Source of the DNA: Nitrospirota bacterium
GTDB lineage: Bacteria; Nitrospirota; UBA9217
Direction: 5' to 3'
Assembly (NCBI GenBank): GCA_963754875.1
Contig: CAVWHO010000019.1
Span: 1 to 64,000 of the forward strand
Length of the DNA: 64,000 nucleotides
Shown in pieces: positions 1 through 10,136 of this stretch (positions within the stretch are counted from its first letter, which is position 1; the number at the start of each line of letters is the position of its first letter). The notes below the pieces were generated by a model. The model was not told where the DNA came from, searched no databases, and saw only the letters and a program-made list of their open reading frames with translations. Made by a program: the position numbers and the translations under genes.

Positions 1-1207
1 AGTGTCTCCTAATTAACTGGTGTTATGCCATGATTTGTGATAGAGTGTCGCTCATGGCACGACACGCTTTAACAATAAACCTTGGTGAATCCGATCGGCA
101 AGAACTGGAGCGATGGGTACGCGCCCATCACACCCCACAACAAGTTGCCCTACGGTGTCGAATTATTTTAGCTGCTGCTAATGGCCAACAAGACAAGGCC
201 ATCGCAAATCAATTGCAAATCAACTACAAAACGGCTGCATTGTGGAGGCAGCGGTTCTGTAATGAAGGTCCCGACTGCCTTTGGGAAGTTGCAGCAGGAC
301 GCGGACGTAAACCAGAGCTATCGGCAACCAAAATTAACAAGATAATCAATGCCACGCTGCAAACACGGCCTGTCGGGGCCACCCATTGGAGTTGTCGTAC
401 AATGGCTGAAAAGCAGGGCGTGAGCAAGGCAACAGTCAATAGGATCTGGCAAAGTCATAATATTCAGCCCCACAGAACCACGGGATTTAAGTTATCACGC
501 GATCCACGGTTTCTGGAGAAGCTTACCGATGTTGTCGGGCTCTATCTCAATCCTCCAGAAAAAGCATTAGTGCTCTGTGTGGATGAGAAAAGCCAGATTC
601 AAGCGTTGGATCGTACACAACCGGGCTTGCCGCTAAAAAAAGGTCGTTGTGGAACGATGACCCATGATTACAAACGGAACGGCACGACGACACTTTTTGC
701 AGCGCTCGAATTGGCGCAAGGTAAAGTAGTCGGGCAATGCTATGCCCGGCATCGTCACCAGGAATTTCTCAAGTTCTTAAAGCGACTGGACACTGAATTT
801 CCGGTCGAAAAGCAGCTGCACATAGTGATGGATAACTATGGCACTCATAAGCATCCCAAAGTCCAGGGATGGTTAGCACGGCATCCGCGTTTTGTATCGC
901 ATTTTGTCCCGACCAGTTCAAGCTGGTTGAACTTGATAGAGCGCTGGTTCGGTGAACTGACGGGAAAACGAATCCGTCGCGGAGTCTTTGTCAGCGTGGA
1001 CGCGCTCAAGACTCGCCATCGAAGAGTATCTGGCTGCTTGGAACAAAGACCCAAAACCGTTTGTATGGACGGCAACCGTTGAATCGATTGTTAATAAACT
1101 TGGACGCTGCAAACAAACATTGGAGAAAATTCAGCCAGGCTGCACATTACCTCGCTCCCGCAAGAAAAAGGCTGATAACACCAGTCGTTTGTGAGACACT
1201 ACACTAG
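1..1207 (+). mobile_element. IS630-family insertion sequence (left end probably truncated by the window edge)
   Basis: Bases 1-26 (agtgtctcctaattaactggtgttat) match the reverse complement of 1175-1200 at 21/26 positions. The right end runs into ...acacTAg, consistent with a TA target. The element encloses a DDE transposase. Confidence 0.93.
54..1194 (+). CDS. IS630-family transposase, with one frameshift near 1011
   Basis: N-terminal HTH (THWSCRTMA) and DDE motifs VDEKSQIQAL, MDNYGTHK, SSWLNLIERWF. The conserved C-terminus AIEEYLAAWNKDPKPFVWT lies in the adjacent frame (ORF 988..1194). Confidence 0.9.
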
Positions 1208-1261
1208 CGTACTTGATGATCCTCCGTCTATTCGTCTTATTTTCGTGATACATTGGATGCT

Positions 1262-2309
1262 ATGATAACGATCGTCCTTCTTATAATTTTTCTACTGATA
1301 CTGGTCCTGCCGATAACCGTGAAGCGGGTGGAGCACAATCTGGAAGCGTTCCTGCTCGTCGTCGGAACGGTCACGCTTCTGTTCTCTCACTGGCTGGGTC
1401 CCGAGCGGCTCATCAAGTCTTGGGCTCATCGAGTCCGCGTTCCTGGAACCGGTGAAACTGACGATCGCAACGCTGATCTTCGGGCTTGCCTTCCGGGCGA
1501 TTCGTGAACCGCTCAAGCGAAAGATCGTTGCTGTCGAGACGCGGCTCGGGCCGCGGATGTTCGCCTTCCTGCTCATCTTTACGCTCGGGTTGGCATCGAG
1601 CGTGATCACGGCCATCATCGCAGCGCTGGTCCTATGCGAGGTCGTGAGCGCCATCAACCTCGATAAAAAATATGAAACTCGACTCGTCATATTCGCCTGT
1701 TTTTCTATCGGTATGGGCGCGGCACTTACACCCATCGGCGAGCCTTTGTCCACGATAGCCGTGGCCAAACTCAGGGGCGGGTCTCTGGACGGAGATTTTT
1801 TTATGCTCCTGCGCGTTTTCGGTATCTATATTCTGCCCGGACTTGTTCTGATCTCCCTTGTTGGAGGTTTCTTTCGCGGCACGCAGGTTGCCCGGTCCGA
1901 AAGCCTTAGTGAGGATTTCGCAGAGCCCTTCGGAGATATTGCGCTCAGGGCTTTTAAAGTCTATGTTTTCGTCATGGCGCTGGTCCTGCTCGGTACAGGC
2001 TTCAAACCGATGATCGATATGTACATATCAAAGATGCCGGCCCCGGTCCTCTACTGGGTCAATATCACGTCGGCAATCCTCGATAACGCCACACTCGCAG
2101 CTGCGGAACTCGGGCCTCTCATGACCGCGGCTCAGGTGAAAGGCATCATCATGGGCATTATCATATCCGGCGGAATGCTTATCCCGGGAAATATACCGAA
2201 TATCATCGCAGCGAACAAGTTGAAGATTTCGAGCAGGGCATGGGCGGCTGCCGGTATGCCCTTCGGGTTCATTCTGATGGCTGCCTATTTCGCGCTGCTC
2301 TACTTGTAG
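1262..2309 (+). CDS. DUF1646-family multi-pass membrane protein (ion-transporter-like), with one frameshift near 1416
   Basis: VEHNLEAFL in the first frame. GAALTPIGEPLSTIA, DNATLAAAE and GGMLIPGNIPNII in the second frame. Removing one 'a' joins the frames as LISLGLIESAFLEPVKL. Confidence 0.8.
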
Positions 2310-2544
2310 AAAAGTTTCACCTTCCTCCGGCCAACCAGCCAGCATCCTTACGAGGCGAGTCTCCGAAGTATGTCTTGTAAATATATACTGCTCTTGATTA
2401 AAGACCGGCTGGCGCTCACAAATTAGGCAAACGCCTAAAATATCATCTTCGCTGCGCCAAGGGAACGTGCGGTCTGGACCAAGACGCGCTTGGTTGCGGT
2501 TGTAAAATCAGCGAGATAACGCAACCATTGCTCGAAGTAAAGAG

Positions 2545-2560
2545 TGGCACAGGCCTTGCT
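2545..2560 (+). promoter_or_regulatory. Sigma-54 (-24/-12) promoter
   Basis: TGGCAC-AGGCC-TTGCT matches the TGGCAC-N5-TTGCW consensus and lies ~46 nt upstream of the P-II start codon. Confidence 0.75.
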
Positions 2561-2606
2561 ATAGTATTGTATGATCGAATACGCAGATCGTAGGAAGGAG
2601 ATTCAT

Positions 2607-2945
2607 ATGAAAAGGATCGAGGCAATAATCCGTCCGACCAAGGTTCCAGATGTATGCGCCGCATTGGACAAAGCAGGCCGTCCCGGGGTGACGATTTCCA
2701 ACGTTGAGGGACGGGGAAGTGAAGAGGGGTGGGTAAATCAGGTCCGGGGTGTTTCTTATGACGTGCGCTTGCTTCCGAAAAAACGGGTTGAAGTGATCGT
2801 TAACGACGAAGATGCTGACAAGATCGTCGCAGCCATACGTGACGCCTCGTTGACCGGAGCGGTGGGAGACGGCAAAATATTCGTACATGATATGGCAAAT
2901 GTCATTCGGATACGGACCAACGAAAGCGGTGTGGCAGCACTGTAA
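2607..2945 (+). CDS. P-II family nitrogen regulatory protein (divergent)
   Basis: MKRIEAIIRP...TGAVGDGKIFV...RIRTNE. RBS aaggag lies upstream of the ATG at 2607. Confidence 0.9.
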   Translation: MKRIEAIIRPTKVPDVCAALDKAGRPGVTISNVEGRGSEEGWVNQVRGVSYDVRLLPKKRVEVIVNDEDADKIVAAIRDASLTGAVGDGKIFVHDMANVIRIRTNESGVAAL

Positions 2946-2952
2946 AATATTC

Positions 2953-3070
2953 TTCACGGCAGCAGATAATGGTATTCCCGCGAAGGGGAACCAGCGTCTT
3001 ATCATGATAATGATGAATCCTGGATTCCCGACAGCGGCATTCGGGAATGACGTATCTGCTGCCACGTGAA
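2953..3070. repeat. Composite palindromic (REP-doublet-like) element
   Basis: Outer inverted repeat ttcacg-gcagcagata / tatctgctgccacgtgaa encloses two ATTCCC...GGGAA(T) hairpin units. Confidence 0.6.
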
Positions 3071-3082
3071 CGGAGAGTTGCC

Positions 3083-3765
<683 letters not shown>

Positions 3766-3849
3766 TGCTCCACCCCCTTCATTCCCGCCCGGGATGAAGG
3801 GACATCAACGCGGGTGACCGGCGATTTGAGAGATCGCCGCTATCCTCCC

Positions 3850-3884
3850 AGGGCCGGCATGTTCCATTGCATGTCGGCCCTTTT
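3850..3884 (+). terminator. Intrinsic terminator
   Basis: agggccggcatg / catgtcggccct stem followed by a T run, downstream of the second P-II gene. Confidence 0.65.
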
Positions 3885-3975
3885 CTGTGAAGCAGCCTGT
3901 AAGGCTTACCTATTTTTTCGGAATATCGGCTTGCGGTGGGACGCTATTTTTGCGAAACTTATTTGATCATTGAAG

Positions 3976-4022
3976 AAGCGGCTGAAGCACGGAGCAAAAC
4001 ACGTCCCGCCCTTCAGCCGCTT
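3976..4022. repeat. Perfect 12-bp inverted repeat between convergent genes
   Basis: aagcggctgaag ... cttcagccgctt. Confidence 0.5.
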
Positions 4023-4095
4023 GCACAGGATTTTTGATGCGGCCTTCTTACGTTAGTACAGAGTTTTCCCGATGCCCTTTTTCGGGTGTTTATCT

Positions 4096-5151
4096 TCAGA
4101 ACGAATAACGAACGCCGACAGAGGCCGTGTAACGCGGCGCAAGTTGAACCCCGTTAACATCCTGATAGAGTGGCAATTGATAGAAGGCGTATACAGACAC
4201 CTGCTTGCCGATCGGCGCAGTGATGCCGGGGCTGATATACAACAACGTCCCGCCGGTGCTGATCTGGTCCGCATTTGCCCCCACGTCATGCTGAACGTTT
4301 CTATAATTAAGCTGAATCTGGGGGAAAAAGCCAGTAATGCCGGCGTAGCGCAAACCCACGTTGAGGTTGAGACCGTCGCCGGGCTTGTAATCCTGTCTTG
4401 AGTCTAATGCCTTTTGATACATAGCGAGGGCGAAGTAATCCCAGTCCTGGTTCAGGCCGTCGGAATAATACGCTCCCACTATTGCATCGGTAGTGCCGGT
4501 CCCCGGCTGCAGGCCTCGGTCGATGGCAGCCGTATCACCAGGATTGGCCGGATCGGTCGAGGTCCCTGTTTGCGTGAAGCTGCCGGTAGGCAGTTTAAGG
4601 CCGTAGAGAACACCAAACTTGCACTGCTGGGTGAAGCCCTGGTAGCGGCCGATCACCTTTATGTCCCCCATATTTCTCGTATGCGAATCATATGCTCCGT
4701 CCGCCGGGGAGTACCCGTCCGTTCCGGTCCCCAGCGTACTGTGCTTGCGGTCTATATAGGGGACCTGAATGTTGACTCCCCAGTCATGATTGAAGCTGTA
4801 GTCGATCCCGAGCGTCAGATAGTTGTTCAGCGTGTCCTTCTCGACTTCCTGGGGATTGCCGTCATTCGTGACGAGACTGGCATCAGCAGAAGAAATCGCT
4901 TTCGTCCCTCTCCGCAGCTGGTTCTGATCCAGGTAATCGTAGCGCAGATCCATTTTGAGTCCCGTTGTGCTGGAGAATTGTAGGTTTTCCCAATCGGAAC
5001 TCAAGGTGCAGCCGCAGCTTGCACAGGCCTTTGCGTCTCCTGAAAAAAGCAATATGGTGCTTACAGCCATGATGAGCCCGGCAGCGCAGTTCAGTGACGT
5101 CCGCACAAATTTCCCTCCAATTTGCAGCGTGAAAAATTGCTTACCTAGCAT
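4096..5151 (-). CDS. Outer-membrane beta-barrel transporter-like protein
   Basis: Signal peptide followed by CASCGC. GLKLPTG and LQPGTGTTD motifs, alternating beta-strands, terminal aromatic residue (VRYSF). RBS agaggagg. Confidence 0.75.
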   Translation of the reverse strand: MLGKQFFTLQIGGKFVRTSLNCAAGLIMAVSTILLFSGDAKACASCGCTLSSDWENLQFSSTTGLKMDLRYDYLDQNQLRRGTKAISSADASLVTNDGNPQEVEKDTLNNYLTLGIDYSFNHDWGVNIQVPYIDRKHSTLGTGTDGYSPADGAYDSHTRNMGDIKVIGRYQGFTQQCKFGVLYGLKLPTGSFTQTGTSTDPANPGDTAAIDRGLQPGTGTTDAIVGAYYSDGLNQDWDYFALAMYQKALDSRQDYKPGDGLNLNVGLRYAGITGFFPQIQLNYRNVQHDVGANADQISTGGTLLYISPGITAPIGKQVSVYAFYQLPLYQDVNGVQLAPRYTASVGVRYSF

Positions 5152-5175
5152 GGTAAAGCCTCCTCTTTGAAAGTT

Positions 5176-5667
5176 TTACTGTTGTTTTAACAGCTCGCTG
5201 ATTTCTTTTTCATACATTTGTGAAAATTCCTGACCGAACCCCAGGTGCACGTATCGGATAACTCCGTCTCTGCCGATGACGAACGCTGTCGGCAACGTTC
5301 TGAAATTATATCCTCTTCTGATGATGCTCTTCTTGTCGCTTAAGATCGTAAACGTAACCGGGGCCTTCTGGAGAAATTCAGCGAGCTTTTTTTCGGAAGG
5401 GTCCATATCTATGCCGATTATTTCAAACCCGTCTTTGCTGTATTTCTTATAGAGCGTGTCCAACGCCGGAAGCTCTTCCCGGCAGATATCGCACCATGGC
5501 GCCCAGAAGTCGAGGAACACGACCTTGCCGTTGAACTGCTTCAAGGTGACTACGTTGCCGTGCACATCTTCGAGACTGAAGTCCGGCGCCAAAGTTCCGA
5601 CCTGACCGGCATTCGCAAAACCGGACAGGGCGAACGCCAGCAAAAGTGTTATTATGATGATTTTCAC
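5176..5667 (-). CDS. TlpA/ResA-like periplasmic thioredoxin
   Basis: APDFSL...FWAPWCDIC...LPTAFVIGRDG. GTG start with RBS caggag. Confidence 0.9.
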   Translation of the reverse strand: MKIIIITLLLAFALSGFANAGQVGTLAPDFSLEDVHGNVVTLKQFNGKVVFLDFWAPWCDICREELPALDTLYKKYSKDGFEIIGIDMDPSEKKLAEFLQKAPVTFTILSDKKSIIRRGYNFRTLPTAFVIGRDGVIRYVHLGFGQEFSQMYEKEISELLKQQ

Positions 5668-5953
5668 GGACTGATCTCCTGTCTTGCATTCAAGACACAT
5701 CGCTACTCGCAGGATAAGCAACCTTTTATAAAGTTGTTTATTTTAGCGTTGATCTTAACCGTATATGCGGCTACTCTCTAGAAATACCATACTTCGTAAA
5801 TTACTGATGGATTGGACATTGCCGAAGTGTTGCCCTGCTTAAAGGGGAGGATAGTGTATGAAAACAATCCTCAGAGATGCCATGCAGGCGCATGCGTGCG
5901 CCTTCCTTCTCGAGGCATCAAGCTGTCTCAAAAACTTCGGTTGTGATTGCAGA

Positions 5954-6238
5954 TCAGGCTTTTGGGGGGCGTTCGTCTTGAAAGGCAGTTATGAAGGGTT
6001 TAAAAAATGGATTAACGATTTCAGAAGTTTCTTGAAGAACCAGAGGAAGAGGATGACAAGAACACTCCTGTATACAGGGCATGTTTCCACTTGACGACAG
6101 TGATGGAGTCGCTGAATGACATATGTCAAGAGTACCGATCATGGCATGATCGGCATGGCCGTATGTGTAAGAGAAAGAAGGTGGAGTGGCGATGGTGAGA
6201 GCGATAGTTAGAAGCACTATGACAGCTTGGTATTTCAT
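5954..6238 (-). CDS. DUF2946-like short secreted leader protein ending in RPP
   Basis: N-terminal hydrophobic helix, GHADH, LDICH, PCIQECSC, C-terminal ERPPKA. Confidence 0.6.
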   Translation of the reverse strand: MKYQAVIVLLTIALTIATPPSFSYTYGHADHAMIGTLDICHSATPSLSSSGNMPCIQECSCHPLPLVLQETSEIVNPFFKPFITAFQDERPPKA

Positions 6239-6269
6239 GAAATTATTTTAAATTCAAAAGCGCATGATG

Positions 6270-6795
6270 TCAACATAAAGTTGCAATTTTAACTGAGTGT
6301 TGCAACACTTCAACCACACGACTTTCCGTCGCGTCCGTTTCTATGAAGTAATCATCACCGGGCAGCGCGAAGAACACTTTATGCGCGCCGGCTGAGAGCC
6401 TGACTCTTTTCTCAAGAGTATACTTTATTCCTTCTCCTGCCTCGGGATCGCGGCTCGTTTTCCCTGTATCGTCATAGCAGGGAATCGTCTCCTTTCGGCT
6501 GTCCACCTTCCACAGAACAGCTTGGCCGTCTATGTTGAGCAGGAAGGGCTAGACGGGCCTTCCGTGCAGGGATCCCTTGGATGCAAGGATATAATATCTT
6601 CAAGGGTTGTCTTAATGGATGACTTGATTATCAGATATCCGAAGCCCGTTGGAACTGTTCCTTCTGCGGACACCTCAGTGAAAACATCCGTTCTCGCGCT
6701 TTGACTCAGCCTCATTATTTCTTTTGTCGCTGTCAAGCAGCCTACAAAGTGATTACGATTGCGATTAATATCAACAATTTTGAACGTCTATTCAT
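6270..6795 (-). pseudogene. Fragmented putative lipoprotein gene
   Basis: The ATG overlaps the cbiM-like stop (ATGA). Signal peptide MNRRSKLLILIAIVIT...VGC. Coding-like pieces continue in several frames (ORFs 6530..6736 and 6270..6506). Confidence 0.5.
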
Positions 6796-7505
6796 CGTGT
6801 CTCCTTATGAAGACCATGAGCCAGAAGGTCAGGCCTTACTCGCGAAATAAACTGTATTACCGCGCCGGTAATGGCACCCTCAATGATCCAACCGATGCTG
6901 CCGAGCGAGAGCACAATCACCGCGAAGGTCCGAAGAGATGAACTCTCCGGTTCGTCGTGATGTTCCTGGGTTTGCTCGGTCACGCTGTCCTCATGTTCAT
7001 GATGGTGTGCAAACAACTCAGCGTCTACCTGTGAGACGCCGACGATACCTATCAGGAGCAGTGACGCGATAAAGAGCGATAACACCGTGGACAATGCAGC
7101 GCTCCAGAATACAGGCAATCTTTTTCTGAACAGATAAAACAGGGTGTGGCCCAGAAAGGCCTCAGCGCCAAGGAGCAGCGTATTGAGGCCGACGACGGTA
7201 ATGCCGCCGTGACCGACGAAGGCGAGCATGAGATTGACGATGAACGCTGCGATGAATCCGAGGGACGGCCCGAGCAGTATGCCGGCAGCGACCGACATAT
7301 TGAGGTGATAAGCGATAGGCAAAATTTCCAGGCTCATGGCAACGAGCATTACGGCAGCAATTGCCCCCAACAAGGGGACCTTTTTTTTCATGTCCGCTTT
7401 CCTCAAGCGGAACATGCTCAGAGCGAGGAATACCGACATAAGCAGAAATCCCGAAACCCAAAGCCAGACAGGAAGAACGCCGTCAGGAATATGAATATGC
7501 GTCAT
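6792..7505 (-). CDS. CbiM/NikM-like ECF substrate-binding (S) component
   Basis: HIPDG near the N-terminus, GHGGITVVGLN, IEGAITG, and a His-rich loop HHHEHED...EHHDE. Confidence 0.85.
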   Translation of the reverse strand: MTHIHIPDGVLPVWLWVSGFLLMSVFLALSMFRLRKADMKKKVPLLGAIAAVMLVAMSLEILPIAYHLNMSVAAGILLGPSLGFIAAFIVNLMLAFVGHGGITVVGLNTLLLGAEAFLGHTLFYLFRKRLPVFWSAALSTVLSLFIASLLLIGIVGVSQVDAELFAHHHEHEDSVTEQTQEHHDEPESSSLRTFAVIVLSLGSIGWIIEGAITGAVIQFISRVRPDLLAHGLHKETR

Positions 7506-7526
7506 ACCATAATCTCCTTTACGATT

Positions 7527-8411
7527 TTAAATCGTATGTTGTAAATCTCCGGAGATAAGTTTGGCGACAACCCAGCCTATCGCGTAGAGTGCGCCCAGGA
7601 GGACAACGTCAGTCGGGCCGACCGGTAAATCCCATTGATAAGCGATCCAGAATCCGAAAAAAGCTGTCGCGCCGCCGATCAAAGAGGCCAGCACCGTGAA
7701 CTGGCGCATGTTTCGCGCATATTGATGCGCAGTCAGCGCGGGAATCAGCAGAAATCCGAATGCGATGAGCGGACCCACGCTGAGCACTGCCATCGAGACG
7801 GTGAGCCCGATCAGGACATAGAGCAACACGTCCCAGAAGAGGACGTTCTTGCGAAGGATCGTTGCCGTGTCGCGGTCGAATGAAACAAGGAGCAACTCCT
7901 TGTGGAAGAGTCCTAATGCTGCCAGGACGAGCGTAAGCGTCGCCGCAGTCAGCAGAAGATCGAAATTGGAGATGGTGATGACCTCTCCCTTCAGCATATC
8001 GAGCCAGCCGATTTCGCCGTAAGGATTCTTTGATAATACAAGGATGCTGAGCGCGGCGGCCACAACGTAGGCGGTGCCGAGCCGGCCTTCAGGTTGTCCG
8101 CGCCCGCGCCGTTCCAGGAATGCCAGGACCAGAATCGCGATCAACGAGAAGGTTATCGAGCCGGCAAAGGCGAGCGCGTGCGCGCTGTGGGGGCCGTACT
8201 CGGTCAGTTTGAACCCGAGCCACAGAGGGAGCGAGAGAGCGATAGCAACGCCGGTCGAGGAAATCTGCGGCAAGGCCACGCCCATGAACACCAGACGGCG
8301 CATCACGAGAAACACCCCGACGAGCGGGCAAGCGAAGCCGACGAGGACGCTGGTGTAAAGCGAATTACGGAGAAGAAAATCAAAAGAAAGAATCTGGTGA
8401 AGCGTTTCCAT
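7527..8411 (-). CDS. Zn/Mn-type ABC transporter permease (ZnuB-like)
   Basis: VGVFLVMRRLVFMGVAL, LLVSFDRDTA, WDLPVGPT. True start is METLHQ at 8411. Confidence 0.9.
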   Translation of the reverse strand: METLHQILSFDFLLRNSLYTSVLVGFACPLVGVFLVMRRLVFMGVALPQISSTGVAIALSLPLWLGFKLTEYGPHSAHALAFAGSITFSLIAILVLAFLERRGRGQPEGRLGTAYVVAAALSILVLSKNPYGEIGWLDMLKGEVITISNFDLLLTAATLTLVLAALGLFHKELLLVSFDRDTATILRKNVLFWDVLLYVLIGLTVSMAVLSVGPLIAFGFLLIPALTAHQYARNMRQFTVLASLIGGATAFFGFWIAYQWDLPVGPTDVVLLGALYAIGWVVAKLISGDLQHTI

Positions 8412-8412
8412 G

Positions 8413-9126
8413 TTAACCCATCCCCATTTCAAATATTTCCGCCATGCTCTCGACGGTGAGCAGTTTGTCAGCCTCCCCGAGAAAAACCTTGCCCTCGTGA
8501 AGCCAGAGGACTTTTTCAGCGTAGTGACGGACGGCCGAAAAGTCGTGCGTAACGAGCAGGACGGTGATGTTCCTTTCCTTGCGGATCCGCGAAATAAACT
8601 CCAGCACAACAGCCGTTGCCTCGCGGTCCACCCCCGCCGTGGGTTCGTCCAGCACCAGGACGTCGGGGCGCGTGGCCAGGGCGCGGGCGATGAGCACCCG
8701 TTGCTTCTGGCCGCCGGACAGTTCGGCAAAGCGTTTCTGGGAAAAATCTTCAGCACCCATAGCATGCAGGCATTCGCGCGTGAAACCGCGCTCATCGGCG
8801 GAGATGCGGCGCCCCGGGCGTATGCGGCCATAAACGCCCATCAGTGCAACTTCGAACCCCGTGAGCAGATAAACCGGGTCGAACTGATTGGATTGGGGAA
8901 CATAGCCGAACATGAGCGGTCCGCCTGTTGATGCAGTATCGATGCGGCCCGCTACCGGCGGAAGCAATCCAAGTATTGTTTTGAGCAGTGTCGATTTCCC
9001 CGAACCGTTGGCGCCGAGAATGGCGGTAAAACTGCCGCGGGCAATAGAGAACGAAATCCCAGGCAGCACAGCCTGGCCGTTGTAGCCTATACTGAGGTTT
9101 TCGAGTGTGATCAGTGATTCATTCAT
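8413..9126 (-). CDS. Zn/Mn-type ABC transporter ATPase (ZnuC-like)
   Basis: GANGSGKST, LSGGQKQR, LDEPTAGVD, YVPQ. Confidence 0.93.
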   Translation of the reverse strand: MNESLITLENLSIGYNGQAVLPGISFSIARGSFTAILGANGSGKSTLLKTILGLLPPVAGRIDTASTGGPLMFGYVPQSNQFDPVYLLTGFEVALMGVYGRIRPGRRISADERGFTRECLHAMGAEDFSQKRFAELSGGQKQRVLIARALATRPDVLVLDEPTAGVDREATAVVLEFISRIRKERNITVLLVTHDFSAVRHYAEKVLWLHEGKVFLGEADKLLTVESMAEIFEMGMG

Positions 9127-9181
9127 GGCTTGTTAAGTGAGTGTCCGCCCGAGAACTTCGGACGGACACATTCTCCTGTCT

Positions 9182-10117
9182 TTATTGCCGTGCCTGCACG
9201 GCAGTTACCATCGTGTGAACGATGTAGTCCATCATCTTAATATACGTCTCCGTATTAGGCACGCCTCCGGGCATGATCGGCACAGTTATCATGGTTGCAC
9301 CGGTCTGTTCGGCGATGACTTCCGGCACCTTTTCCGGGAACTGCGGCTCGCGTACGACGAGAGGGACATGCGCGGCCTTCATTGAGGCTATCAGTTCCTC
9401 AATGTGGCGCGGGGTGGGATCGATGCCCGGCCTTAGTTCCACTGTTCCGAAGAAGTCCATTCCGAAGCGCCTTGCAAAATAGTTCCACTCTTCGTGGTAG
9501 GCTATGAACTTCACGCCCCGGAGCGGTTTGGCTTCCTTCTCCCATTCGTCGATCTTGGCGTTGAGCCTGGCGAGATAGGCGTCGCGGTTGCGCGTGAATT
9601 CCGCCTGATGCTCCGGAGCGAACCCTGCCAGCGCCTTGTAGATATTCTCGATTGCCGTCTTTGCTAATACCGGATCGAGCATGTAGTGCGGATTTCCGTA
9701 GGGATGAACGTCGCCAGCGTAGTGTTCAGTTGATTTCGGCACATCGAGCGGTACGACGCCCTGTGAGCAGTCCACATAGCCGGAGTGGCCCACTTGAATG
9801 CGCGGGTTTTTGCTTGCCTCCAACAGGGCCGGCAGGAAGGCGTGTTCCAGATCGAACCCCGCCGCGATCATCAGGTCTGCCCGGTTCATTATCGGCACAA
9901 AGCTCGGTTTCATCGGGACCCCGTGTGTGTCTTCGACGCCCGTCGCCAGGCTGCGGACCTCTACGCTCTCCCCTCCCACAGCGCGCGCAAAATCGGCAAG
10001 GTCGGTTAGCGTGGTAACGACCCGTATTTTGGCAGCATGAGCGGGCGTGGCCCATCCGTACAACGCGATGGTAAACGCCATGATCGATAGTAAATTGAAT
10101 ATTTTGGATTTCATCAT
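9182..10117 (-). CDS. Zn/Mn-type ABC substrate-binding protein (ZnuA/TroA-like)
   Basis: IRVVTT, EDTHG, GDVHPYGNPHYMLDP, YHEEW. Signal peptide present. Confidence 0.92.
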   Translation of the reverse strand: MMKSKIFNLLSIMAFTIALYGWATPAHAAKIRVVTTLTDLADFARAVGGESVEVRSLATGVEDTHGVPMKPSFVPIMNRADLMIAAGFDLEHAFLPALLEASKNPRIQVGHSGYVDCSQGVVPLDVPKSTEHYAGDVHPYGNPHYMLDPVLAKTAIENIYKALAGFAPEHQAEFTRNRDAYLARLNAKIDEWEKEAKPLRGVKFIAYHEEWNYFARRFGMDFFGTVELRPGIDPTPRHIEELIASMKAAHVPLVVREPQFPEKVPEVIAEQTGATMITVPIMPGGVPNTETYIKMMDYIVHTMVTAVQARQ

Positions 10118-10136
10118 AAATTTCTCCCTTCAAGAG

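Noticed and set aside
1000..1020. Programmed frameshift in the IS630 transposase
   Set aside because: There is no slippery heptamer, the site is near the C-terminus, and similar indels occur throughout the window.
5858..6094. Plus-strand 78-aa ORF with a strong RBS (ggggagg)
   Set aside because: It is antisense to the DUF2946-like leader and has no recognisable motifs. The purine run is more simply the complement of an anti-SD-like tract. Not fully excluded.
6270..6312. Zur/Fur-like operator (gttgcaa repeats, agtgttgcaacact palindrome)
   Set aside because: The position upstream of the leader is suggestive, but the spacing does not fit a consensus I can state confidently.
6757..6779. Fur-box-like attgcgattaatatcaacaat
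   Set aside because: It lies within the signal-peptide coding region of the fragmented lipoprotein gene.
8412..8831. Long N-terminal extension of the permease ORF (7527..8831)
   Set aside because: It overlaps the ATPase gene out of frame. The real start is 8411.
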